A program made the position numbers and the translations under genes. From Dimorphilus gyrociliatus (Eukaryota > Animalia > Annelida): DNA of 64,000 bases. Below the pieces are notes generated by a model. The model was not told the origin of the DNA and made no database searches. It saw only the letters and a list, made by a program, of their open reading frames with translations. This document shows positions 15,601-29,151 of the stretch, one piece after another. Where the stretch lies: contig CAJFCJ010000012.1 in assembly GCA_904063045.1 (NCBI GenBank), positions 620,001 to 684,000 on the forward strand. The letters are read 5' to 3'. Numbering within the stretch: position 1 is the first letter of the stretch; each line of letters opens with the position of its first letter.

Positions 15601-16903
15601 TCTTTTCCCTAAGAGTTTACTAAGTTTTTTGTTTTGACCAAATTGAAACATGTTTACCAAAACATAGACGACGACACCCTATTGAATACAAAAAGGGACC
15701 TTTTGGCAAGTGTACAAGTTTTTTGGTTCTCAAATTGCCATAAGAAACTAAGACTTTTAGATTAAGTGAGACCGTATTCAAATTGTACAAAAAGCGTATC
15801 TTTTAACCTAGACCCCTGTCAACACTAGGAATGATCCAGAAATATCGCTGTAAGTAAACAAACAAACAGGAAGGGAGAATTTTCTCCAATCAATATAGGA
15901 CACCATGTGTGCTCTTCATCGCTACCTTGGTGGCATGTAAACGAAGAAATTCAATTACCGAATGAGTCTCGCCAGACAAACGTTTGTCCCAATAAGAAAA
16001 TTGGAAAAAAAAGCCGTGACAAACTAACCTGCGTGATTATAGTAGCAATGATCAATCTGCACGCAATTCAAATTTTCCTTATCAGCCATCGTCCCTTACA
16101 TTTTATGAAATTTGTTAACAGCCTGCATAAAATCAATTTTTCACGGACAAACCGGACAAACACGGTGGAAGTCCGCCATCTTTTACCTGTTATTTTCTAC
16201 CTGCCTGTCAAAATTTCCGAAAAACTGCATATAATTAAGAGAACCTAAGTGTATTTTATGCTGTTTTGTCAGTTAGGCCGCCATTTTGGTTCGCGTTCTA
16301 TTTATAGAGCTTGGTTTGCCTGTACCGTGTTGTTTTCGGCACCTGTACACAGCTGCTTTCCAATACACTATTTTTAGGTTTTCCATAAAGAAAATATTTA
16401 CTTTTAATAAGTACCAATAATTTTATCGAAATCTTACGAAGGAGTAGATAAATCGGACGGATGTTATCGTAGGTGAAGGTCATCATTTTGGTACTTTAAA
16501 AATGCTTATGCATTCCACCAAAACATAGCACCTAAAGTTTACGCTCTTTATACCATTTTAATCTTATCTACCGTTAATACAGCACCCAATATAAGTTATA
16601 TTATACGTATGTTTACGCATTTCTAGACAAAATTTATACATATTACAGAGAAGGGAGATAAGTATCGCATCGTTGGCACGAACGTTATTCGATAGGGGAC
16701 GAGTTACCCTAAAAAACATTCCACAATGCTCTTAACCTCAAAAAAAAAAATAAACGTAGTGTTTTCTGCGCATGTATAGAACGAACAACGAGAAAAAAAG
16801 ACAAGAAAAATTTTGCCACTTGTAGAAATAATTGCCTCGGAGTCGTCGCAATAGAAAAATTTCGTGAAAAATTACGTGAAACACAGCGGGAACCAGCAGA
16901 GAC

Positions 16904-17384
16904 AATTATTGACATAGACAGCAAGGTGAAGGTCGCAAGTACAATTAAACCCCAGGCGTTTTGCCAATTTATTTCCAGATTTTAATTAAAACGTATATAA
17001 AATTCTCAAAAACAATAGCCTAAAAGGTAAACATAAATGAAGATAGACAATAAGAAATCTGTAAATAAAAACCGTCCGAATCTCCATCTGTTTAAACCTA
17101 TAGTAAATATTCCTTACAGAAAAAAATTCATCTCTCAGATATGGAAGGATTTCAATCGATTAGAATATAGAATGTCATTTAAGAAAAGTTACAGACTTAT
17201 AAATAATAGAATTCCAAAAGAGATATATAAGAATTTGTTCTGGTTCGAAACGTCTAAAAGGCAAAATTACTTGATGCTTAGTGGGTTTGGACGGGGTGTT
17301 CTTGTGCTTTGAAAAATTTACTATCCACATACGAGTTTGCAAGACAATATCGAATTATCGACAAAGATAGCAAGGTGAAGGTCG
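16904..17384 (+). repeat. Dispersed 32-nt direct repeat pair (16904-16935 and 17353-17384)
   Basis: AATTAT(T/C)GACA(T/A)AGA(C/T)AGCAAGGTGAAGGTCG, 3 mismatches, offset 449. Confidence 0.9.
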
Positions 17385-20300
17385 TCAACAATTGCAAGCC
17401 GTATACAACAAAGACGACAAACGGTTCATCACCTGCCTTTGCAGACGTCTTTGTGACGCCTACAAAGAAAACCGCCTGACCAGTAACTAGAACGCTTCGC
17501 TTCACTAATAAAGCTGGAAAAGCGTTCTTTGTCGCGCTAAGGCCATCTTCATTAAGCTGAGTGGCAACAAAAGCGAATTACAAACATATACAATTATTCA
17601 CCACTCGCTACACCAACGCCAAAAAAAATAAAGTATATATGCGCCCTGCAAAGACACCTTTGGGATAATCTCTCATAAAACTATCGATCCTATTTTCCAG
17701 TCTAGAATACTAACTATTAATTACCTGCACTATAATTCTGATTTCTATCCATCATACCAATATCCTCTATTCGACCTGTTGTATAACAGAAAAAATAAAC
17801 AAGTAGAAGAATTTAAGGAGGAAAAGGGAGGAGGAGAAGGAAGGAGGAGTTAAAGATAAATAATAAAATCATATTATAAAATATAAGAGGAGTAAGCGGG
17901 GGGGAGCGACGATGTATAAGAGACAGAATAGAATTGACTATCGATATATAATCTTACCGGAGAAATCGAACGTTTTTCTTCCCTTAAACATTCTGCGACT
18001 GTTACTTTTAAAGCTCTTTATCTGTATACATAAAAAAAAGAACATTTTTTTATATTCGTTTATTTACCTTCGTAAATTTATTAATTAAAAAAATTATGTT
18101 TTTAATATGATTTTTAAATGTATACGAAAGCGTTAGGCCTAATTAAAACGAGACGCACTACGTAACAAACGATCGAACGCGTAAATCAGGTCATGGACGG
18201 TTGCTAAGCAACGTACTTTTCAGGTACACCATGACGACACTATAAATTTTGCTGTAGACAGAACTATGTTACTAACAAAGTAGATTTGGTATATACTCAA
18301 ATAGAAGGTTAAATATACAACAATAGATATTCCAATTGATTGGACGATCGGACAGGTGGGTGGCGCCAATGAACACACCTGACAGAGGTGATTGGTTACT
18401 GAGACGCTGCATAGTCACATACAGAGCTACTCAATTTATCGAGAGCGGCGTTTTTCTTTCTTAGATATTGATCTAGTTGGCGCACGTTTCTTGGCGCTTG
18501 ATTTATGGAAGGGCAGCGTCGGTCGCGTTTTTTTTATATTTTGCAATAGATGAAGGCACGTAAACGGGAAACCGCTGGATTGTTTACAGAGGAGCTCATG
18601 AACTCCTGTAGAATATATTCGAACGAAACTGGAGATCTTTCGCATCTGTTCCGTTCCAGGATTTTCCGGGGATTTATAGGAACGCGATACACTTTTAGGG
18701 AATTTCTTGATTTTCTTCTTTACTGGGTTGGGGATTGACTGATCCTAGGGATTTAGTGGAACGTAATATAGTTTGAAATAAGAGAAAAAAAATTTTTTTC
18801 AATATGGTCGTATCAAGTTCGATATGTTCCTTTTAAAAACATTTTGATGCAGATAATTGATCATTTAGCATTTCATTAAAGAGGTAATATGCTGTTAAAA
18901 ACTGCATGTGAGTGTTGACAGACTGGCAGTTCTATTACGCTTTTCGGTTAATTATCATTATAAATTTTACCGATTAGTAAACATGCTTTATCGGTTTTTA
19001 TTCCTTTCAATGATATCTTTTCTTTATAGTTTAGGATTAAAAATAATCTTTTAAGTAATAACATGATTAAATTAGGAATTTTAAAGAAAAGATAATTATG
19101 CCAAAGACTTTTTATCTATATACAAAAGAAACGTTGTGGAAAGATTGTCAGTGGACTATCATAAATTGACCAAAAATAAATTCCCAAAAGATAAAAAATG
19201 ACTCTTCTATGATTTATAAAAGTAGCTCAGAATTTTTTTAGCTGGTACAGATTGACCGTTCCGCTGATAAATGACGCGTGTACGTGCGCTTGTGAATTGT
19301 ATACACCAATCACGGTGCATTGTAGTTGAAGAGTCATCAAGCCGGGTGATTAATGGCTCTTTGTTCCGTGAAAAAAATTTTTCTTCACGTTACGGAGCGT
19401 CTCCTAGAAGCCCATCTGTCTGTGTCGCACCTATAAGTGCTAGGTGACAGATTTATAGAGGAGGGCCAGGGGCCATTTTTTCATTCGATATTCGTTTAAA
19501 AGCAACGCGCAAACTGAACAGTTGGGCTACTTAATGAACGAATTAGTCACGCTTTCCAGTGTAGGTGATTCAGAGTCAATGACTGTGTAAAATATTACTG
19601 CTACACAACCATAATTTACAATTATTCTTTCAAGTGGACGAGCATAAAACTGTTTATAGACACTTGTATTTATATACGCATTGAATTTTTAAGTCTTTCT
19701 TCGACTTCCGCTTTCCATATAAACACAGTCACACTCACAAATACAAACAGACATACACACACACACTTACTCTCATACACAAACTCTGTGTGTACAGATA
19801 ATTGGGCGACAGTAGAGCAATTTTGTGATCACGTGACAGCAGTTCATCCCGATGTGACGTTACGGATGAATTCTTGCTCGCGAACGTCATTACGAACAGT
19901 AAGATATTGCAGTACAGGGTAGATTTATAACTTTATCCCAGTAAAAGTCACGTTATTTAGTCATCTACTCTACTGTGTATACATTATTATATATCGTATC
20001 TAATATCTATATAGTAGATAATATTTTACATGGTCCACACAGTTTATATATCACCTATTTTTATTTATAAGTACTTTGCTTAATAACTAGGTTTTAGCAA
20101 TCAATCTGGAAAATGGACATGCAATTTGTAGATTCATCATTTTACCTTAAAAAATATATAATTACGTACCAACGAAATTGCATTGGGTCAGCAGTACAGC
20201 ACAATACGACAATTAGGTGTCACGTTACATTTTACAAGCGCGTATTTAGTTATCCCTTTTTATAAAATTATCATTTCTCATTGTAAATTTTTTCTTATTC

Positions 20301-20563
20301 TCTGATTTTCTTTATCGACAGACTACAAAAAAAAATAGATACAGATGACAAAGGAATTACAAATATTTCCGCTATTTTGAATACAGAGAAATCATAATAA
20401 ATCAATGAAATTGATACAATATGGTGTCGGGTGACACATCACGTTTTATCAGGTCAAGATATGCTTATCAAATTATTGGAGATTTTTTCACTGATTTTCA
20501 TCACGCTTTAAAGGTTGTCCTTATGACAAAGTAAAAGTCTTACGAACGTTTTTAATCTTTCCT

Positions 20564-20585
20564 TATATATATATATATATATATA
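20564..20585. repeat. (TA)n microsatellite
   Basis: About 11 TA units read directly. Confidence 0.95.
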
Positions 20586-22090
20586 CTAATATATATATGT
20601 ATCAATCTAAGTGTGTCTGTCATTCTCTCTTTTTTTCCCTCGTTCTCTCTCTCTCTCTCCTCTCTTTCTTTCTTTCCATGTCCACCTCTCTTTTTTATTG
20701 CGTATAAAAACAATAAGAAAATAACCTCAAGAGTCGATTTCATAGTCTAGAACTATTTCGGCCAACATCTTATTATTGCTTAACTTAAATAAATACCTTT
20801 AATGGCCTAAATCAGCGTATATTGTATTGTAAAAAATTTACAACGACTTTTCAATCTATTAAATACAGAGAAAGAGAAAAAACAATATTTAATATAACTG
20901 ATGGAAAGATTGTATATAAATCGAGGGCAAAGAAGTTTAACAATTGAAACGTCAACAAAAGCCTTGTAACCTGATATATCTAACACTGTAGGTGCAATAT
21001 TTACGCAAATAGCTTGCCGACTGACTATTTTAGCTGATCTTTTTACTAGATTTAATCATAATTAAATGTACTAATACATCTGTGATAGACACTAGACATA
21101 TAAATATCTATATATACATTGATATATATATATATTCTATATGTCTATAACTTATATAGAATAATAATGACACTCAGGAAATGAACTGTTAAATCTTAAT
21201 TTATGATGAGAATATACAAGTGGCGTGGAAAAATTGATTAATATTATAATCGAAGGCTAAAATCTTGACTTTTTTATAAACTGTCCTTATAACTCATTCC
21301 TTAATTTGGTATGATGCGATAATTAACGGGTACAGCCTTGCAATTTCCTTTGTAGTAGCATTACGGAAGCAAAAGAGATTCTATAAATGTTCTTATATAA
21401 GAAGTGTACAGTAAAAATTATAATGCAAAGACAAGAATCTTATCAAGGCAATCTGAATCGTGCTTTGCTTGTTTTTTTCTTGCGTTTCTTTTCTCTTTGT
21501 AAAATATATTGGGGCCTGAGCCAGCATAAATTTGGTATTATCTAAATCGGATTGATAAAGCGACGCTTTTATTACTTTAATTGAAAGAAATAAAACTAAC
21601 GATATATATCGCACAGACAGAGGAAAGGGTTGGTTAAATTAAACTGATGACGTCATCAACCTTAGAACAGGTGATAGTACCCTGCAGCTAACATTCATTA
21701 ATAACACCTCACAAAAGAAGTCATTGTCAAACTATGGAGCGGAAACGGTTCAAGAGGAGAAATCTTAATACATAAAAATACATCAGTCTGGCGCCAAACA
21801 ATTGCTCGTTACTTACCGCCTCCACCTCGCGCACGGCCAAACTTCAAAGACAAACCGCCGGTTTTCCGCTTCAATTAGCCGAACGCCGTTTGCCAGTTTC
21901 TATTCGCCGTCTATTTACCGAACAAAAAGCGACGCTAAGCCTTTCCATCTCCGCCGAACGTGTCTTTCGGCTCGGCGAAAAAAGCTCGAACGTTGATTGA
22001 GTGCAAAAGGGCCCGACCTGAGTCATTGTGCACCTGACAAACTCATGCCCTTATCGACGAATCTAATGCGGTTCTAGAGACCTTTTGTGA

Positions 22091-22574
22091 AGGTGACGCA
22101 AGGTATAGCAAAAAATAAAGTCGGACAACATGCGTTACTTTCTCAAACGACATATTTCATAAAAAATCAAAAAGAAAGCAATCATTACGGTTTAAGCCTT
22201 TCTTGTAAGTTCTACTAATCACCAAAGCTACCTTAAAATGTTTTGTTAATGACATTTGGAGGGAAAGTAGAAGGATTGTGTTATTGTTACATTATAAATC
22301 CCGTTCGTACCCTTTCCCCTTATTGTTAAGCATTGCAAATGTTGTACCCAAATTAAGCATAACATGACGAACAAAAAGAAAAAAAATGAAAAAAAATGGG
22401 GGCAAGGTATATTGGCAATAGAAAAAAATACCAAATAAAAAGTGTGACGCGATGAAGAGCCCTTAACTAGACTAACTGTTGACAAGTAAGTACAAACTTA
22501 GTCAGTGGCAAATTCTGCTTAACAATTCTAATACTGTTCTATTGTATAGGTGACGCAAGGTATTGTAAAAAATA
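22091..22574 (+). repeat. Dispersed 27-nt direct repeat pair (22091-22117 and 22548-22574)
   Basis: AGGTGACGCAAGGTA(T)(A/T)G(C/T)AAAAAATA, 2 mismatches, offset 457. Confidence 0.9.
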
Positions 22575-25500
22575 TTTAGCAAAATTATGTTGGCATGATG
22601 TAGAGTCCTTTAAGAAGCGCGCAAGGAAGAAAATATTGAAAATCAATGATATATATGAAATAATATTCCTTAACGGTTAAAAAAGATTAGAATATTTCCA
22701 CGGCTGCACTAAGATATACGAAATGTGGTGAAAAGTTTTAAACCAGATCATCTCATGACAAACAAGTATAAACAAAGTCATAGAAAATCTCTTATCCTTA
22801 TCAACAATTTTCGAACAGTTTTGCAGGTGTTTATACATCTTGTATGAATTAATTCGGAAATATTGTGGGAAACGACGCTAAATTCTTATTGAATTACAAT
22901 ATTATCGTTTTTAGTAAAGTAAACGAAAAATTTTCTCACAAGTGACGCCTTAAAAAAAATCTGTCTAATTGGATAAATAAACGTTTCTCTCACGAAAATC
23001 TTTACAAACCTTTATAGTCGGTATACTCAAACAAAACTGCTAGGTGGTGCAGGATAATTGACTGTGGTTTGTCAGATATCAGACTATCTCTTGGCAAACA
23101 AGTACAAACATAGTCCTATGTCTTATCTGAAACATTTTGCCAGGTGTATGTCTAAATTCGAAAAGCCGATAAAAATAAAAGCACCATTGTAAGTTTAAGG
23201 TTTGGCACTTGTTAGCCATTCTTCTCTAACTACCGACGAACAGTAATGAGTCTATTCTCCTTTAGCAATCACAAGCCTTTCGAATGTGAAAAAATATCAA
23301 ATTTCTAAGAGTCCTAGGTGTGATTTTTACGGGTGTTTTAGTCAAATATTCTATACAAAATATTATACAGTATACATCATATTGTATATTTACAATATAC
23401 AGTATTTGCATATAGGACATTATTTCTGACGTAAACGGATGCAAACGGGAACAATACGCGCAAACTCACACTTCAGGAGTGTCATTCATCTCTTTATGTG
23501 GCCGAAATTAACTGAAAACCAATTATAACAAGCCGGAATTTCCATTCTAAGGCCAATTAGTTGTTTATAATTTATAGGTATAAAAACTAAGATGGAAACT
23601 GTTGCATTGTAACTTCCGAGTTTACAATATACTGAAGAGAATTACCAAAAAAAGAGGGGAAAAATGAAATTTGAGATATTATACTTTTATGGAACATAGG
23701 ATTAATAGAACGAGTAGTGCACGTTTTATATACATGAAAGAATATTAAAGAACAAATACGGTATGAGAAAGAAAACTTCTGGCATACTAAGAAAAACATA
23801 AATATCACGTTTCTACTAACCTCCAACCAGGTACGCACCAAAAAAATGACAAAACTACCACAGTGCTACATAGTGCAAAGTTTAGATGGTTATTGGTAGA
23901 ACAAACTAAGGTGCTGACAAACAAGAGCCAACATAGACCTATCTCAGATTGCGCTCAAGTACACGTGGGAGCCTATCGAATTTCGAACCTATAGGTGTGC
24001 GAAATAGCGATATAGAAAAATTACGGCTCGTTTGGTAAACTCGTACTCGTTACGAGTTATTCACCGACAAACTGCACGACTCCCGCTTTTTTCAATAGGC
24101 TTTAATTTCGAGTGGGACACGTGAGTAGAAGGCCAATTTTAGCTATATTGATTATGAACCGAGGTGTTTGTCGGATGAGCGTGAGATGTTTGTCAATGAC
24201 GACAAAGTAAGGCAAGTGTTAGGTGAAGCGTAACTAACGTTGATAAACAATCCGTCTTCTACGAATTAACAATGCGTTACAATTCCGGAATCCGGTCGGT
24301 TTGTCAAGCCGGTTTGTCAACGGTTCACAATGGAATCGAAAGGTGATAAGGGAATAGAGATATCAGATAACGGTCCATATAGGTCTGAGTGCACTCGACG
24401 CAATTATAAACCACCCCAGCCGACCTCAGTACTATTGTTTTGTTAGAAAGGAACTTGTTACATGGCCGTTGTTTATCGCGAATCGACTCAATATCCGTAA
24501 TTGAAGCAATCTAGAAAAGAGGCCCGTATGCAAATGAGTAAACGTTCTTTTCAATTAAAGAAGTAATCAGTCCTAGTGGATCCTAAAAAGCCATGTCGGA
24601 AGAGAATCGCTTAAAGTACTAAGAAATGTATACAGTCTATATACCTTTATTAATTGATTCGATAGAAAAGGATGAATGTTTATTATCTAAAAAGAAAATA
24701 AAGCTATTTCTATTAAAGTTTTCATTAAACTAAAATTGTCTGTTTATATCATTCAAGATTCATTCAATTTTCTACATTTTATCTAGTAAATTATCCCAAA
24801 TGCGAAGTGAGCTATGTAGACCCTACTAAAAACCCTCATCGCATAATTTAATTATTCGAAATACTATTAATACCATTTATGGAACCTAAGCCATAAAGCT
24901 AGTATGATAATCATGTGACTCGTTTATATATTTTATCATGATTTGTTTCTCCTAATTTGTTATATTAAAAGGAAATAATCTACGCGCTTTGTTTATATTA
25001 CAACTTCTTTATATACAATACTGTAACAACTGTTAAACCTAGAAGGCAAACAAAGGACAAACAATGGGGTAAACTTTCAGGGAGAAATATTATTACAAAC
25101 CGACTCCCAGGTGGGCGCCGTGTACGACGAGATATGGAAATGAGAAAAACTACGTGCCAAGCAGCTTCGTCCGGGGATTCGAATGTCATCTGCATTTTCG
25201 AAACGTGCTGTTTGCCGCCAAATGGCGCAGTATTAACGTATATAGTGCTATATATAATATTTTCTCCTATATAACATAGTTACAAACTACATTTATCTCT
25301 TTATTTACCAGAGATATAAATAAGGTAAATATAATTGAAGAAAAACTAGTTATTTTAGTGAATATTAATAATTTTAGACCTATTTCAGGACCAAACTATA
25401 TATATATATATACTATATATACCAATACAGATTTATATATATATATACAGTGTGACCATTGATAGAATGAAATAAAAAGAAATCTCGCTCACACATACAC

Positions 25501-28500
25501 ATTGACTATCTTTATTCTACTATACAGCTCTCTTCTCTTCTATATAATCCCTTATATTGTATAGACTCTTACGATGACTTTCGTTTATGTAATATTCTAT
25601 TAATAATAATAAAGTTAATGTTTAATAATAACACCCTTCTATTGATAAGGGGGAATAAGAAGTGGCATTGGAAAACTTTCCACGGGGCGTGTCAAGTCGA
25701 CCGAAGCAGATTCTTCGCGGAACGTAATTAGTTCGAATTTTGCCCAACCGATTGTCCACTCGTCGCGCCATGACGTCGATCGGTAGATGACGTCATTCAC
25801 TCTTGAGCGATATTAGCGTAATTTAGGAACTGGACGACACGTGTCCTCTATATAATTCTCCTGTTTTGGCCGGCAATTGTTTCGCTATTAGCTTAATAGT
25901 TCCATTCAGTCACGTGATGAATACTTGTGGGTAAAGCTTGATGATACGTATGAATTGGAGGAAAACATAAATATCTGATGAAGAATGTGTATCCCTTACA
26001 AAGTAATTAAGGCGTATTAGTGATATTACTCAATAACAATTATATAAACAAATAAATTTATTGAGTTGTGGTCTATCACGTGACCCGTTTTTTTGTCAAG
26101 ACGAACCAATAATATATTAATAGGGGACAGTCACGCATTGCAGACATTCACGTTTCTGTCGGTTATAGAAATCTCGTTTGCTGTAATTAATTTTCTTTTT
26201 ATTATATTTCCATTATAGGAATCTATATAGACCAGAATAATACAAGAATTGGGAAACGACGCCCCGATAGTGTCACGTGACAGTATATGTAGCCGTAAAG
26301 AAATACCGTCTCGTAGATACCCCGTAGAGCCGAAATGGTAGAATTAAAGAAAAAGTAATCAAAACCTTACTAAAGTAAAATCACTCGTCTTCCCCCTCCA
26401 ACTAATAATAGATCGTCTGAAGAATAAAAACGAATTTCACACTTTGTTAGGCAGACGATAGCTGTTCTTTCTGTACAGGAGAGAAAAAATTAAATAGGCG
26501 AATATTCATGGAAGCGTGACGTCATCAGATAAGTGTCAAGAAACGCTATAATTCCTAGCAACAATTCGGCCGGATTTCCTTGCCCATCCCTCGGCCAGCT
26601 GGGTGATTATGCAATCGGCTGACCGCCCTAGCCAAATGCTACGACAGGTGTCGTTTATTCTATATATAAATATATGTGTCGTTTATGTGCATATTCCCTA
26701 TATTTAAATATCAATACAGAGAAAGAGAAAAAAGTGTTAGAACTGCGTCTAGGGTATATATTCATTTAAATGCACGCACATCACAAAAGATATATAAAGA
26801 CACCTCATAGTGAGTTATTCTTCGCAATTCGCACTTGAGAAAGATCACGTGACCGCTTTAAACGCTGTATTAGAGAAGTATAAGGAAGTAGTTTTATTTG
26901 TAAACGATCAATTCTAGGCAAGTTTTTGAAGTATTATGGGCTGCGGTCGGTCTTTATCATTTTTGTTCACATGACAAGTTACTCCTAAGGCGATAGCCAA
27001 GGTTCTCAATATTTAAATAGTGTAGAGGTGTAACCGAATTAGGCTGTATTAGCGATAAATATTTGTTGTAAATCATTTAGAGGCTCATTTATATTATGAA
27101 GTTGATAAAAGCATATTTTAAAGAATGGAAGTGGGTCCTGGGACTTTTGAAACCTGTAACTAACATTTGTTAGGTTAATTCCTTTCTGTTTATCGTCAAT
27201 TTAGACAGAATAAATAAGTATCTATCTTTTCCATAGCTATTTTCTAATACAGAACAGAAAACTATACTATCCCATTTAAGACATTGATCGCTTTAAAAAC
27301 CCGTAAAAAATACTCAACAAAAAGACGGCGTCTTCGTCACGCGAAAAAGGCGTTAGGACTCTAATAGGAGTTGATCACCTCTAACCGAGCATCCTCTGCG
27401 CCACGCCTTTGTCATGACGTCATCATTACGTCATCCCGCTGTGAACCGTCGCTGAGGACACGCTCCTCTAGAAATATTACAGAAAAAGAAATGATGCACA
27501 AAGAAGAAACTATTTCACCCATAAAAAATCCCCCAAAACACGCCGACTACAAACATCCCTAAGGGGAACTCGAAAAAAATTCCAGAGTACCTTTGTTTTA
27601 CTGTTAATCTCCTGCATGCGACGATATTACAGAAGCGGTTGCAAACAATAGGTGTCACGTGACGCCACTTTATCTACGAAAAACAGGTTTTGCCGGGCTA
27701 ATAGGAAAAATTTTAGTTGTGGGGGGAGTTTGTCAGGCTTTATTACGTTTACCTGTCAAATGCACTGGCTGCTTTTATTGTTTGATCGAGTCATCTGCTC
27801 TATTTACTCGCCCCGGAGTAATCGACGCCCGAAACCGAAGACGATAAGCTTGTCAAGTTTGTCAACGTGTTTGAGAAGTTTAGACGGGTTCTATACTTGG
27901 CCTATACACATTAATTGCTTATATTAATAGCTCGTGAACCGCTTAATCTGCAAATGATGTAGATATAACAGAGCAGATGGGTAATTTTGGAAGAAGCTGC
28001 TGGACTTTTGGCGGTTTAACGTTGACATCATCTAAGTTGATGGAATAACTAAGAGCAATCAACCTTTGAGAATTTGATTATATCTCAAACAAAACGGAAG
28101 AATATAAAGAAAAGCAGATCTGTAAAACTTTTAGAACAATCTATCATAACAAACTACCAAATAAATTTTCTCTTTAAAATCTTCTTATTTGTCATCTTCA
28201 TTCAACTCTGTCAATGAATATATTCTTTTTGGTACTTTTCTTTTTTTTTGTAGATGTCTACTCTTTAGTCCAGAAAAAGCTTTCGTGTGAATAAACAGTA
28301 AATAGACAGAGAAATTTACCAGTTGCCAAGTTTGTCAAGCGTTTTACCAAACCATACACAACTGTAGTTTTTACCGTAAGTACAGTATGTATATATATAT
28401 TAGTATATATATAATACACTGCACATCTAGAATATAGATAATCATATTTCAATATTTTTAAAATTGTTTAACTAAAGATATACATTTATGCTTTTATCAA

Positions 28501-29108
28501 AAGGGGAACATGTTTAAATTTCACATTCACAAACTTAAAAGACCTTTACAGTTGTTGAAGCGTAATAATACATTGTGAGCTAACTGATGGAACCTACAGA
28601 GAAAATTTTAGTAATTATATCGTTCAAACAAGTCTGTAGAAACGTTTCTTAAGACGGCATTAGTCTGCTTATTTGACTGCGCTGGAGGATCTGGAAAATA
28701 AGCTTATGACATAACATAAACTGTATTAAAGTTATTTCCCATTGATCTCTAACCACTTCTAACATTGCCGATAATTACCAAAGAGTACTTTTTCCTTTAC
28801 GATAATGTACATAAATATCTCTAGAATCACCATACCACCTGTCTAATTTGCATACTAAATTTGATTAGCGATGGAGAACGCGATCAAATTTGCAATTAAG
28901 GTGCTTGCTAATATAAAGACTACGCTACTAAAGAAATAGTTTTTTAACCCTCTTGTATTTTTTACTTGAAAAAAAAAAATAAATCAGAATCAATATGTAA
29001 ATTTTAGATTTAACTTGATCATAGAGCTCTACTCTGCAAACAGTACATACACTATATCTCAGTATGTATCATTATATACTATGTGTACTATGTATAAATA
29101 CTAAATAC

Positions 29109-29111
<3 letters not shown>

Positions 29112-29147
<36 letters not shown>
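29112..29147. repeat. (AT)n microsatellite
   Basis: About 18 AT units read directly. Confidence 0.95.
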
Positions 29148-29151
<4 letters not shown>

